Shown: positions 35,964 through 45,211 of the stretch, piece after piece
How positions within the stretch are numbered: the first letter of the stretch is position 1
Layout of the letters: every line of letters starts with the position of its first letter
IMG/VR virus record: IMGVR_UViG_3300027819_000001
Location: 1 to 64,000 of that record
Source of the DNA: a virus
Taxonomy: Duplodnaviria; Caudoviricetes
Reading direction: 5' to 3' (one strand)
Length of the DNA stretch: 64,000 nt
Position numbers and translations under genes: made by a program
Notes under the pieces: generated by a model
Databases searched by the model: none
What the model was told of the DNA's origin: nothing
The model's input: only the letters and a program-made list of their open reading frames with translations

Positions 35964-37312
35964 TCGGCCTCCTTCTGCTGAACCGCCCCATCCTCGATCA
36001 CCACGGTCACTTCCTTGCCGTCCGATACCCTCTCAAGCCACACCTGGGCGTCGTGTTCCTTGGCCAGTTGCCCCAACAGCTTCAGGCTGTCCGGATCCAG
36101 CAACGATCCATCCCGCACCAGCAGAACCCGCAACTTCGGATTCAACGCCAGTCCAATGGCAACGGACACCCTCAGTTGCTGTGATGACGACGCCTGGCAG
36201 AACGGAAGGCCATCCAGCGTAACCCCACCGTCCTCGTCGAACGACAACCCTGGAACAGGGAACTTCGATTCCGCCACAGCCTTCTTCTTGTCCTCGTCGA
36301 TCTTATCGATCTTGGCGGTGAGTTCGTCGGACTGCTTGGACTTGGCCAGCATTGCCTGTTCGGCAGCTTCTCTCGCCTTGTTCGACATGAGCTTGCCGTT
36401 GATCTCCTTGGCTTTGAGGACCTGCTCTTTCAGTTCGGTGTCGGTTGCATCGACTAGACCTTCAACTTCACCCAACGCAGTTTCGTGCAATAACTTCGCT
36501 GCATTCAGGGCTTCCTTTGGAACTTCCAATTCATTCGTCGCCCTGATCAGCAACTCCTCAGCCTTCTGAAGCTCAAGCTTTAGTTGCGTTACCCTCACAG
36601 CAAGATCATCCACTTTCATCTGCTCTTGCTGAAGTTTGTACTCAGCATTGAACACGCCCTGCTGCTTAAGTTGAACGGATGCCCGGATTGCATCGTTCGC
36701 CCTGTTCTGCTCTGTAACCTTCCTCATCTCCGCATAAATCGCCTCAATCGAAACCTCCTCCTTCGGCAATCCTTGGTGAAACTCCATCCCGGAAAGCTGT
36801 GCCCGAATCTGCGTAACAGTCCGGTTGATTGCCGTCCTCTCGGTGTAGAATCCGGCCCGCTCCTGGTCCAGCTTCGTGAAGTCCAGCCCCACAATCCGTT
36901 TTAAGGTGTCTGCCTGCTCCTCAGGGCTCTGTCTGCTGAATTCCAGGGGATCAAAGCTCAACTTTCCGACCAGCTTGTCCAGGAGGGCCTGGGGGCTCTT
37001 AAACACAGCGCCCTCTCCGTTCGACACGGTGAGGTTTGATCCTCCACTCTCGGTGAACGACCGGGTGACGATGATATCGCCAAGATCGATCCGAACGAAA
37101 CCGCCTTTGGTTCCTTTCCTCAATACCTTTGGTGGGATGCCAGGGGCGCCTCCAAGCGCGTAATAGATCGCGTCGAGGCAGGACGACTTCCCTTGATCAT
37201 TGCGACCACCGATCACAATGAGGTTGCCGTCTTTGTCGGGGGTGATTTCAACGGCGGTGAGCCGCTTGATGTTCTCCGCCGTTAGGCGAAGAATCTTTGA
37301 AGATGCTTCCAT
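35960..37312 (-). CDS. SbcC/Rad50/SMC-like ABC ATPase with coiled coil
   Basis: Walker A GRNDQGKS, long coiled coil, ASSSQQLR signature, VLLVRDGSLLD. Confidence 0.85.
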   Translation of the reverse strand: MEASSKILRLTAENIKRLTAVEITPDKDGNLIVIGGRNDQGKSSCLDAIYYALGGAPGIPPKVLRKGTKGGFVRIDLGDIIVTRSFTESGGSNLTVSNGEGAVFKSPQALLDKLVGKLSFDPLEFSRQSPEEQADTLKRIVGLDFTKLDQERAGFYTERTAINRTVTQIRAQLSGMEFHQGLPKEEVSIEAIYAEMRKVTEQNRANDAIRASVQLKQQGVFNAEYKLQQEQMKVDDLAVRVTQLKLELQKAEELLIRATNELEVPKEALNAAKLLHETALGEVEGLVDATDTELKEQVLKAKEINGKLMSNKAREAAEQAMLAKSKQSDELTAKIDKIDEDKKKAVAESKFPVPGLSFDEDGGVTLDGLPFCQASSSQQLRVSVAIGLALNPKLRVLLVRDGSLLDPDSLKLLGQLAKEHDAQVWLERVSDGKEVTVVIEDGAVQQKEAE

Positions 37313-37333
37313 AATCGTAGTCCGTAAGCCGTT
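37313..37333 (-). promoter_or_regulatory. Shared upstream motif, copy 1
   Basis: AACGGCTTACGGA-CTACGATT-ATG. Confidence 0.55.
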
Positions 37334-37360
37334 CGCTGGTCTTTCCCAACCGTCAAACCG

Positions 37361-39013
37361 TTATGGTTCTGACAAAGTAGGCGGCGGAGTCGGGTCCGCT
37401 ACCTGCGCCTCGGGCGGTGTCACCAGGCAACCATACTGGTAGTTGCTGTCCGGGACTATCGTCGTCGGATTCTCAGTGTCGAAATTATCCGTAAGCAAAA
37501 CCGTCGCAGTTGTCAAGTTCGTCAAGATCACTTCGTCGATCAAAAGGCCAACGTTAATCACACGGCCAACCGGACTATCCACTCCGGTGATGACGATCCT
37601 GCCTGCCACAGTTGACCCCGGAGTGAAGTTGTAAATATACGGATTCGGCGCGTCCTGTAGGCCCTGCGATGGATCCGACACGGTTACAATCTGGTCGATA
37701 AACGTTCCGACCTGCAATCGGACTTTGTAATCCCCTGCATGATCTCTCCTATTACCTGCGATCCGAATTGAAAATCGATAATCCTGCCCACTGGTGAACG
37801 TGAATTCGTCCTTGCTCGTCAATTGTCCCATCGGATATGGAGCCGTGTCCACGAACTTGTAGTACGTCCCGGCCATGTCAACGTACAGCCCGTTGCCAGC
37901 GTCCACGTCACACAGTCCCAATCCCACGAGGTCCACCCTGCCCTGGGTCACGTCCCAGTTGATGAACCCGGTGTAATTCAGCTTGGCCATCGGATACGTC
38001 CCTGTCGTCGGGGAACACGATCCAGCACAGAGAAAGCTCTTCAGCCCTTGCAAAGTGGTGATGGTGTCCTCCTGGGTGGCCTGGTACGCCGAAAGGAAGT
38101 AGCCAGCACTCGACAGGTCGTATCCTTTGGCGAAGAACGTTCCCCATGCTCGCAAAGCCACCACAACGATCGTACCGTAGGCGCCCTTGAATGAATCAGC
38201 CACAGGAGCAGGATCAGCCCCGAAGTTGTTCTCCAGGTCAGAGAACAGGATGATCACTTTCCTGCTGTCAGGGTCCGAACCGAAATTGTCCACAGCCTTT
38301 TGCAATCCTGCCGCCAGGGCCGTGCTCTCCTGGAGAACCGTGATGGCGTCCACTGCCGCCTTGGCTGCTGCTGCCGTGGTGACAAATGTTGTCTGGACAA
38401 TGCCGGACTCCGCAAAGCTGATCACCCCAACACTGTCCTTGGAGAAGTCCACCGAATCGATAAACCGGCCAGCCGCCAACTTGGCGTAGATCAGCTTGGA
38501 AGCGTACTGATTCGAGAACTGCTGGCTGCTCGACAGCGAATTGTCGATAACGATGAAGAATTTCTGGTTCAGATCAGCACAGGCCGTCACCACTTCAAGG
38601 ATCGCGTAGGCATGGAGCGTCTGCCATTGAACGGATACAGTCGCAATGCCAGCTTGCACCCCTGTCGCCACGCCGTTCTGTGTCAGGAACGCGATGTCGT
38701 CATCCGAAATGACGAACGTCAATCCGGTCGTCAAGACGATCTCGGTCCCACCTTGCTGGAGATAAACCGTGTACGTTTGGGTCTTGCCAGGCTCGATAAT
38801 AGCGGTCTCAGGTTTGAGAATCAGCTTCGGGTAGTTTGCGCACAGAACAGGATTCGCCTTCCTGAATGCCGGATCGCCACACCGCTCGTCTGTTCCAGGG
38901 ATATCCTCACCACCACCAGACCCATCGGTGCCGGTGCATGAACTTCCGGTTGCGGTCGCCTCAGGATTCTGAGGATCGCACGGTACCGTTTCGATGGTGT
39001 CCCATTGGATCAT
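37361..39013 (-). CDS. Virion protein: Ig-like + vWA (MIDAS) + C-terminal jelly-roll-like domain
   Basis: IVIDNSLS (DxSxS), STALAAGL, VIILFSD; GLYVDMAGT...FSIRIAGNRR. Confidence 0.75.
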   Translation of the reverse strand: MIQWDTIETVPCDPQNPEATATGSSCTGTDGSGGGEDIPGTDERCGDPAFRKANPVLCANYPKLILKPETAIIEPGKTQTYTVYLQQGGTEIVLTTGLTFVISDDDIAFLTQNGVATGVQAGIATVSVQWQTLHAYAILEVVTACADLNQKFFIVIDNSLSSSQQFSNQYASKLIYAKLAAGRFIDSVDFSKDSVGVISFAESGIVQTTFVTTAAAAKAAVDAITVLQESTALAAGLQKAVDNFGSDPDSRKVIILFSDLENNFGADPAPVADSFKGAYGTIVVVALRAWGTFFAKGYDLSSAGYFLSAYQATQEDTITTLQGLKSFLCAGSCSPTTGTYPMAKLNYTGFINWDVTQGRVDLVGLGLCDVDAGNGLYVDMAGTYYKFVDTAPYPMGQLTSKDEFTFTSGQDYRFSIRIAGNRRDHAGDYKVRLQVGTFIDQIVTVSDPSQGLQDAPNPYIYNFTPGSTVAGRIVITGVDSPVGRVINVGLLIDEVILTNLTTATVLLTDNFDTENPTTIVPDSNYQYGCLVTPPEAQVADPTPPPTLSEP

Positions 39014-40533
39014 TTTGTCAGTTCTACCGTATCGATCACGTCCCCGTCCACCGTAATGAAGTCCCAAGCCAGCGTCGTGCAACTCACGCTAAACTTCACC
39101 GCACCGAACTTGGAGTTGTACCGGGTCACGCTCCCGCTCACCGGCGCTCCGAAATTGTACTTCTCTTTTCCTCCCAACCCATCCACCAGATAATGCACGT
39201 CATCAATCAGGAGATGCTCGTAATCGTGGTCATGTCCCGACACCACGATATCGATGCCCATGTCCGAAAAGTCGTATTGAACCGCTGCCGTGGATCCGTG
39301 AGGTCCGGAACTGAAAGGTGGCAAATGGCCAACGACCATCTTCCACTTCGCCGGGGAGAGTCTCGCCTTTGCATTGAGCCATTCCCACTGTGCCGAGTTA
39401 ACGGCAATTCCGTCCTCTTCACGAGCGTCCCAGTCCATGAAAAAGATGTGCAACGATCCAATTACCTTGTCGTAGTACCGCTGGTTGTTCGGATAATCCG
39501 AGAAGAATACAAGATACGGCACCAGATTGCCAAAATCCCAATCATGGTTGCCCGGCGCTGAGAAAAAGATCGTCTTGTCGAAGTAATCATCAACCACCGT
39601 CGCGTAGGCGGTGTCATTGTATGAAATGTCCCCGGCATGGAGAATCATCGCCGGTGAGCCAGCAGCTATCAGATCGGCCACTTCCTGTGTATCCGCCGTG
39701 TTCCCGGTATCAGCCGTCTGCCACAGTGTCACCGATGCATTCACCACCGGGAGGATCAACTGGTCATTGTCCAACTCAGCTTTGATCGGGAGTCTCCTTG
39801 TCGGCACGCTGACATTCCGCATCCTGGTCTTGTCAGCACACGTAACGATGAACATCGCCCGAAGCTGATGATGATCCTGGTAATGGGCCATCTTCTCCGT
39901 TTGCTCTCGTCCGTAGGCAACCTCGTGGCGCCATCTCACGAAAGCCTGGATGATCGCTTCCGCCTCGATATCCCACCAATCCTGATCCAGCACGTCCGTA
40001 TCCGCAAAGGTCCGCTTTACTCCATCCCACTCAACCACCACGACCTCGTTGCTCTGGATCCACGGAGCAAGCCAGATCTTCTTGTGATGCAGCGCAAAGG
40101 AACCAATCCGTGCCCTGCCCCATTTGCTGTCCGATTGGCGATTGGCAAGCTTCATCCCCTGCTGGAACACGATCGTACTGTCCGAATCAACAAAGAACGG
40201 CTCCACATCGTTGTGTATCCACGCGTCGATCTCCACCTTCTTCCGCCAGTCGTAGAACACCGGGTCACACCACTTGTCGTTCGCAACCGTATAGACGAAC
40301 TGAATTTCCCCAACCGGAGCAGGTATCACCGTCTTGGCGCAATCAACGTACGTCGAACAGAACGGATGAATCGTGATGTTGTTCCTCTGCAACTCCGGCA
40401 CCGAATTCTGCAAATCCACAAACGCCGCCAGGAACATCGAGTTGTGCGGCGACACAAGGTTCGGAGCTTCACCCTCAGGCCATATCTCGCGCCGAAGCTT
40501 CGTTACCAGGTCTTTGTAGGAAATGGTGGGCAT
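39010..40533 (-). CDS. Head-tail adaptor-like domain fused to a purple-acid-phosphatase-type metallophosphoesterase
   Basis: C-terminal half: ADTG, GDISY, PGNHDW, VGHLP, SGHDHDY; N-terminal half adaptor-like by position and pattern. Confidence 0.75.
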   Translation of the reverse strand: MPTISYKDLVTKLRREIWPEGEAPNLVSPHNSMFLAAFVDLQNSVPELQRNNITIHPFCSTYVDCAKTVIPAPVGEIQFVYTVANDKWCDPVFYDWRKKVEIDAWIHNDVEPFFVDSDSTIVFQQGMKLANRQSDSKWGRARIGSFALHHKKIWLAPWIQSNEVVVVEWDGVKRTFADTDVLDQDWWDIEAEAIIQAFVRWRHEVAYGREQTEKMAHYQDHHQLRAMFIVTCADKTRMRNVSVPTRRLPIKAELDNDQLILPVVNASVTLWQTADTGNTADTQEVADLIAAGSPAMILHAGDISYNDTAYATVVDDYFDKTIFFSAPGNHDWDFGNLVPYLVFFSDYPNNQRYYDKVIGSLHIFFMDWDAREEDGIAVNSAQWEWLNAKARLSPAKWKMVVGHLPPFSSGPHGSTAAVQYDFSDMGIDIVVSGHDHDYEHLLIDDVHYLVDGLGGKEKYNFGAPVSGSVTRYNSKFGAVKFSVSCTTLAWDFITVDGDVIDTVELTK

Positions 40534-40736
40534 TACTGTGACACCGGGGTGCCGTAAAGGAATATGTTCACGAACTCTCTTTGACGCCGCTCCTCACGCC
40601 TTTTCATTATCTCGCGGTTGAGTTTGAAGAATTCCATCAGATCGAGCTTAGGCTTTGGAGTCGCCATCGCTTCAACCACCTTCGGAGCGGCGGCAATCGA
40701 CGCTGGCAATGCTGCGATGAATGAGCGCCTGTTCAT
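40533..40736 (-). CDS. Small protein with twin-arginine-like N-terminus
   Basis: MNRRSFIAAL. Confidence 0.55.
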   Translation of the reverse strand: MNRRSFIAALPASIAAAPKVVEAMATPKPKLDLMEFFKLNREIMKRREERRQREFVNIFLYGTPVSQ

Positions 40737-40900
40737 CAGTAGGAATCTCCAAGAACGGAAACTGGAAGAATACGCCTTGGACCTTGTTCTCTTGGCTCAT
40801 TTGGACGAAACGAGTGGATCGAACCATCAGGCATGATCTCAACGCTAAGGTCAGGATCATTCGCCGCGAGCATCGCCTCAAGTTCTTCGATGGTAATCAC
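40736..40900 (-). CDS. 54-aa hypothetical protein
   Basis: Read manually; GTGA/TGATG coupled. Confidence 0.55.
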   Translation of the reverse strand: MITIEELEAMLAANDPDLSVEIMPDGSIHSFRPNEPREQGPRRILPVSVLGDSY

Positions 40901-41355
40901 GCTGCCTTTGGTTGTCCGCTCGCCTTGGGCCTCGCCAAAGGTACGTTCTGTTGTTGTCCGGGAGGATTCACCAAGCCCACTGCCGCCCGGTTCCTGTCCT
41001 CAAAATTATCCACGCCCACAACAGGTGCCGCCGCTATTGGACCTCCCTTGTCGAACAGGCTGGATGGTTTCGCTCGATTGGACGCGAGCCCTCTCTTGAG
41101 ATCTTCGTTCCGCAATTCCTCGCGCCAAACTGGCTTCGAATCCTTGTTTTTTTTTAAGGTCTCGTACTCTTCCTTTCCAATCTCTTCCAACCCAGCACGC
41201 TTGCCAACCAACTTCGCAAGCTCGTTTTGAATGTTCTCGTCTTCAGTCCCGAAAACCTCAGTGTTGATGTCAACCTTCGTGAAGCGGACGTAATGACCGC
41301 TGGGCAACAGAAGATTCGTTCCTACTGCGCCCTTTCTGTAAAATTTCGTAGCCAT
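40897..41355 (-). CDS. Probable small virion protein
   Basis: First substantial gene after the capsid gene and its terminator. Confidence 0.7.
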   Translation of the reverse strand: MATKFYRKGAVGTNLLLPSGHYVRFTKVDINTEVFGTEDENIQNELAKLVGKRAGLEEIGKEEYETLKKNKDSKPVWREELRNEDLKRGLASNRAKPSSLFDKGGPIAAAPVVGVDNFEDRNRAAVGLVNPPGQQQNVPLARPKASGQPKAA

Positions 41356-41481
41356 CGTCGGGACTCTATTCCTTTCCCAACCAAAAGGTCAATTGATTCC
41401 AATCAGGCAGAATCCATGGAGACGACCACTGTAATCGGCTTCGTTGGCTTTCAGTCGTGAGTTCATTTCGATTTCGATAAT

Positions 41482-41510
41482 AAAAAAGCCGCCCTTTTCA
41501 AGGCGGCTTT
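41482..41510 (-). terminator. Intrinsic terminator after the capsid gene
   Basis: GCCGCCTT-GAAA-AGGGCGGC followed by T6 on - strand. Confidence 0.85.
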
Positions 41511-41531
41511 CTGTATTAGCGACGCTAATTT

Positions 41532-43328
41532 TTAAACCAAATCGTCATACGGCGCCACTTCCGCGGTGATCACTGGAGGCGCGTCTGCAAGATTTTCCAA
41601 CCAAGAACTGTGGAGTGGGCAACTGACAATTGGCATCCCGGTCTCGCTCTGGAGCGTCTGCTCCTGGGAGATGTATTCCATGGTGCAACGGAACGTTGGA
41701 TCGATCTTGGCCAACTGTTCGAGTTGAGCGGTGGTGTAGACCTTTCGGTTCGAGGCCAGGTGAGCGTAGTAGATCGTGCCACCCTGAGGACCAGGTTTAC
41801 CGATGTCGAGCGAGAGCAGAAGGTTGCCGACGCTATCGAGGCCCTGATCGACGAACTGATCCTTCCAGTCGTCAAAGAAGTGGTGCGAGACAATGTTGAT
41901 CTCGACCGAGGCCGGGTACTTCACGCGGTACGAATCCCAGACGATGCCCAGCTTGTCGTTCTTCTGGTTGATCGTTTGCGTGAACCGCAACAGATCCCCG
42001 TACATATCCTTGTAGTAGGCCATCATTCCGGTCTGGAACTGAGCCCGGTAGAACTCGGATGTGTGCCAGTCGATTGCGATCACGCGCTTACCATCGCCAT
42101 CGCGAGCACGATAGATGGCGTTGTTCAACCGGAAAAACTCGTGAAGGTTCAGCGGTTGGTTCGCAAGGTCGATAACTCGACCGCACAAACGGAGCTGTTC
42201 CTTGACACCAATCCAGTTGGCTCGTTTGGCCATCACCTTTCCAGAAAGGCCACCGGGGTTGATGTTCGAACCGGTGACGGTCACGATGTCCTCAAGCGAG
42301 GTCCAACCGGTGAGGGTCTGATTCGGGAGCGGCTTCTGAAAGAGAAAAGCGTTGACGAACCGATCCTGCTCATCGGCTTCGTCCTGCATGTTCCGTTCCG
42401 TCAGAGGGATGTCGCCGAACTGCTTCCACGCGTCGTTCGTGGTCATTAACGTTTCGTAGACTTCGCGGTAGAGTTCGTCCACGCAGCGGGTCATGCGGTA
42501 GGTTTGGAACCAGAATGGAACCTGCTTCCGAGGGTCGATGTTGGACTTGTTGTGGCACCAGCTTTCGTAGTCGTGGACGTTGTTGATGCCTTTGATGATG
42601 ACGCCGTTTGTGGGGGTGAGATCGTACAGTTCCGAGGATCCTGCGTTCTCAGATGTGACCAGAACGTCAATGGACGTGTTGTCGGCGGTCGGATGAGATG
42701 CGAGAACCTTCCAGGCACCATGCTTCGCAAGGCCGGACTGGCCAGTGAAATGATGGATGACATCCCGAGCACGGAAGTCTCCGGTATCCAGCGGAACACC
42801 GTAGCGGGATTCGATCCTGAACACACGGTCATCGGCAGCACCGAGAGCGAGTTCACCAGCAGAGAGATTGCCGGACATGCTGGTTCCGTTTGAGCAGGCG
42901 AGCGTTGCGTTCGTGGTGTATCCAGATTGAGGGGCACCGCAAGTGATCTTGAAATACTGCTTGTTCACGACGCTCTTCTGAGAGCCGAGAACGAACGGAT
43001 GCATCAGCGAGTGGGTCTTGACGCCCTGGATGCCGCTTCCAACCGCCGCCTTCCACATTTCCCTGTCGGCGTTGGCCATGATCCAGTCGTAGAAGCTGTT
43101 TCGGCGGGTACCGCAGGCCCTCATTTCGAGGCTGTGCATGAACCAAGCGCGCATGTCGGCGAACTTGCCTCCGGGTTTGAACATGTCTTCCAACATGTCC
43201 ACCGTGAGGTAGTTAATGTCGCTGCGGGTGATTGTCCCGCAGGTGTCGTAGGTGGAACCGATTGCAACAGCGCATTGCGCCACGAACCGGTCATCGATAG
43301 CTAAAGGTGATCCCATAAGTGGGATCAA
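41532..43328 (-). CDS. Major capsid protein (start may be 43316)
   Basis: Portal-scaffold-capsid order; followed by a strong terminator; WFQTYRMTRCVD, FLFQKP. Confidence 0.75.
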   Translation of the reverse strand: MIPLMGSPLAIDDRFVAQCAVAIGSTYDTCGTITRSDINYLTVDMLEDMFKPGGKFADMRAWFMHSLEMRACGTRRNSFYDWIMANADREMWKAAVGSGIQGVKTHSLMHPFVLGSQKSVVNKQYFKITCGAPQSGYTTNATLACSNGTSMSGNLSAGELALGAADDRVFRIESRYGVPLDTGDFRARDVIHHFTGQSGLAKHGAWKVLASHPTADNTSIDVLVTSENAGSSELYDLTPTNGVIIKGINNVHDYESWCHNKSNIDPRKQVPFWFQTYRMTRCVDELYREVYETLMTTNDAWKQFGDIPLTERNMQDEADEQDRFVNAFLFQKPLPNQTLTGWTSLEDIVTVTGSNINPGGLSGKVMAKRANWIGVKEQLRLCGRVIDLANQPLNLHEFFRLNNAIYRARDGDGKRVIAIDWHTSEFYRAQFQTGMMAYYKDMYGDLLRFTQTINQKNDKLGIVWDSYRVKYPASVEINIVSHHFFDDWKDQFVDQGLDSVGNLLLSLDIGKPGPQGGTIYYAHLASNRKVYTTAQLEQLAKIDPTFRCTMEYISQEQTLQSETGMPIVSCPLHSSWLENLADAPPVITAEVAPYDDLV

Positions 43329-43331
43329 ATA

Positions 43332-44924
43332 CTACGATGGCCACATGGCATTGCGTAATTCTTCGCGTGCAATGCCTTTGCCAGGAGAGTTGGATGGAAG
43401 AGTGGTCTGTCTGTCGCTCGACGCTGAAACGGACGGCGAATTCTTTCTCGCAGGAGCTTCTTGTTCTTTGGGCTCGCCTTTCTTGACGCCGTTTTGTGGC
43501 GTTTCCCCATTTTTCTTGGCCATTCGCGTTTCGACCAATCTTTCCACGCGAGCACGTTCGCTATCAATCCTGGACTTAGTTTTGGCAGCATTCTCTGCCA
43601 CAAGAGCGACGTGGATCGAGTCCGGGTCCAAAGTCCAGTATTGCTGTTGCAGACCAGCGATTTTGGATTGCTTCTCATCCTTCGTTCCCTTCCCAGCGAT
43701 GATAGCCTGAATTCGTTTGCCCATGTCGGCCTGGGTGGTGAACTCACGGGTACCCTTCATTCGTTCCTCTGGATCCAGGCTGGCGATCTGGCCTTCCAAC
43801 CGATTAGCGAAGTTGATCAAGTCACGGTGCGGGTAGATGTCCTCACCGGTGGATGGGTGTGGCACCACAAGATCAAGATTCAATTTGTAGCCGGAACCCA
43901 ATGTCTTAAGCTTGACCAGTTCCTCGCTCAACACGCGTTGAGTACCGGCAGCTTCGTCCAGGATCTCGAATGCATCCGGATCAGCCTCACGAAGGGCGTT
44001 GATCGTCTTGTCGGTGATTGCCTTTCGGCCTCCGACATCCAACAGTGCTCCGAATTCATCCCCGACCTGGCCGATGAACGAAGTGGTAACGTCATGGAGA
44101 ATGGACGGCAGGGCCTGGTTGATTTCCTTTGTCTTCTGCTCAGCACGGAGTTGTTCTACTTCCGGCGCGCCCTTCCTCTCCAACTCCCCCATGATCTCCT
44201 TCTTGATCTTCTCGCGATCAAGTTCCTTGGTGGCTTTCCGAATCTCCCTGGCATCCACCTTCGGATCATTCTTCTCGTAAAAGTCAGCGTGTTCATCGTC
44301 ATCAGCATTGAAAGTCTCTCCTGGATGCTTCTCCAGCCACCTGTCACGGTATGCCTCTTCCTTGGCCCAGAATGCCTTCGTGGCGGCAACGAGACCCTTC
44401 CGTGACGGATTGTTCCGTTCGATGTGTTCAAGGGCTTCCAGGCGCTCCTGGTCATCCTCGCTGAGGTTAAGATCGACTTGAGGAGCAGGTTGCTGCTTCT
44501 CCTGCGCTGGCATCTTCTCGACCACCTTCTCGGCAACACGATCAACGTCGGCGTCCGACATCACCGCTGGCTTGGCAGGAGATGACATCGCCGGTTTGGA
44601 TGTCGGCTTCGGCTTCTCAACCTTCTCGACTTTTTCCTCGGGTTTCTTGTCCTCCTTTTTGTCCTCAGGCTTTTGCTCTTGAACAACAAGAGGCTTTTCT
44701 TCAACCTTTTCGTCTTCAGCTTTCCGCCCTTTGTCCCCCTGTTTGTTTTCCTCTGGAGGTGTTTTTTCACCCTTCTTCTTCGGCTTTGGCGGCACAGGCG
44801 CACCAGGGAACATCATGCCATGGAGATTCTGTCGTTGGGCATCTATCTCCGCATCCGTTGGAATGGCTGCTGCTGGCTTGTCTTCGGGTTTAACTTCGAG
44901 TGATGGTGTCGCTGGTGTGCTCAT
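43332..44924 (-). CDS. Capsid scaffolding protein
   Basis: Highly charged, Pro/Lys/Glu-rich, helical; position. Confidence 0.65.
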   Translation of the reverse strand: MSTPATPSLEVKPEDKPAAAIPTDAEIDAQRQNLHGMMFPGAPVPPKPKKKGEKTPPEENKQGDKGRKAEDEKVEEKPLVVQEQKPEDKKEDKKPEEKVEKVEKPKPTSKPAMSSPAKPAVMSDADVDRVAEKVVEKMPAQEKQQPAPQVDLNLSEDDQERLEALEHIERNNPSRKGLVAATKAFWAKEEAYRDRWLEKHPGETFNADDDEHADFYEKNDPKVDAREIRKATKELDREKIKKEIMGELERKGAPEVEQLRAEQKTKEINQALPSILHDVTTSFIGQVGDEFGALLDVGGRKAITDKTINALREADPDAFEILDEAAGTQRVLSEELVKLKTLGSGYKLNLDLVVPHPSTGEDIYPHRDLINFANRLEGQIASLDPEERMKGTREFTTQADMGKRIQAIIAGKGTKDEKQSKIAGLQQQYWTLDPDSIHVALVAENAAKTKSRIDSERARVERLVETRMAKKNGETPQNGVKKGEPKEQEAPARKNSPSVSASSDRQTTLPSNSPGKGIAREELRNAMWPS

Positions 44925-45211
44925 ATTGGCGTCGTGATGTTTCTGAAAACTGGTTCGGATGATGGGGTGAGAACTAGGATCGCCCCTTGGATGTGCTGGC
45001 ACTTGCTGGTGATTTCAGCAATCTCGTCCGAATGCTCTCCTCGGTTGTTCCTTGGATCAAGGTATGCCTCACCAAGTCGCTGTGTTAGGACCGCGAGGTT
45101 AACTTCCAGAATGTGACGAAATTCTACGGTTGCTGGGGACTCAAGCCATGATTTGAGGCGCTCCGTTGATTGGCTGTCCAGTGGTCGGATCAATGCGTCC
45201 AGGATCTTCAT
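44921..45211 (-). CDS. Small head-module protein
   Basis: Between portal and scaffold. Confidence 0.6.
   Translation of the reverse strand: MKILDALIRPLDSQSTERLKSWLESPATVEFRHILEVNLAVLTQRLGEAYLDPRNNRGEHSDEIAEITSKCQHIQGAILVLTPSSEPVFRNITTPI

Noticed and set aside
35960-40533. Mre11/Rad50 (SbcCD) pair formed by the phosphoesterase and the ATPase
   Set aside because: The phosphoesterase has PAP motifs (DxG, GDxxY) rather than the DxH of SbcD, and is fused to a structural domain
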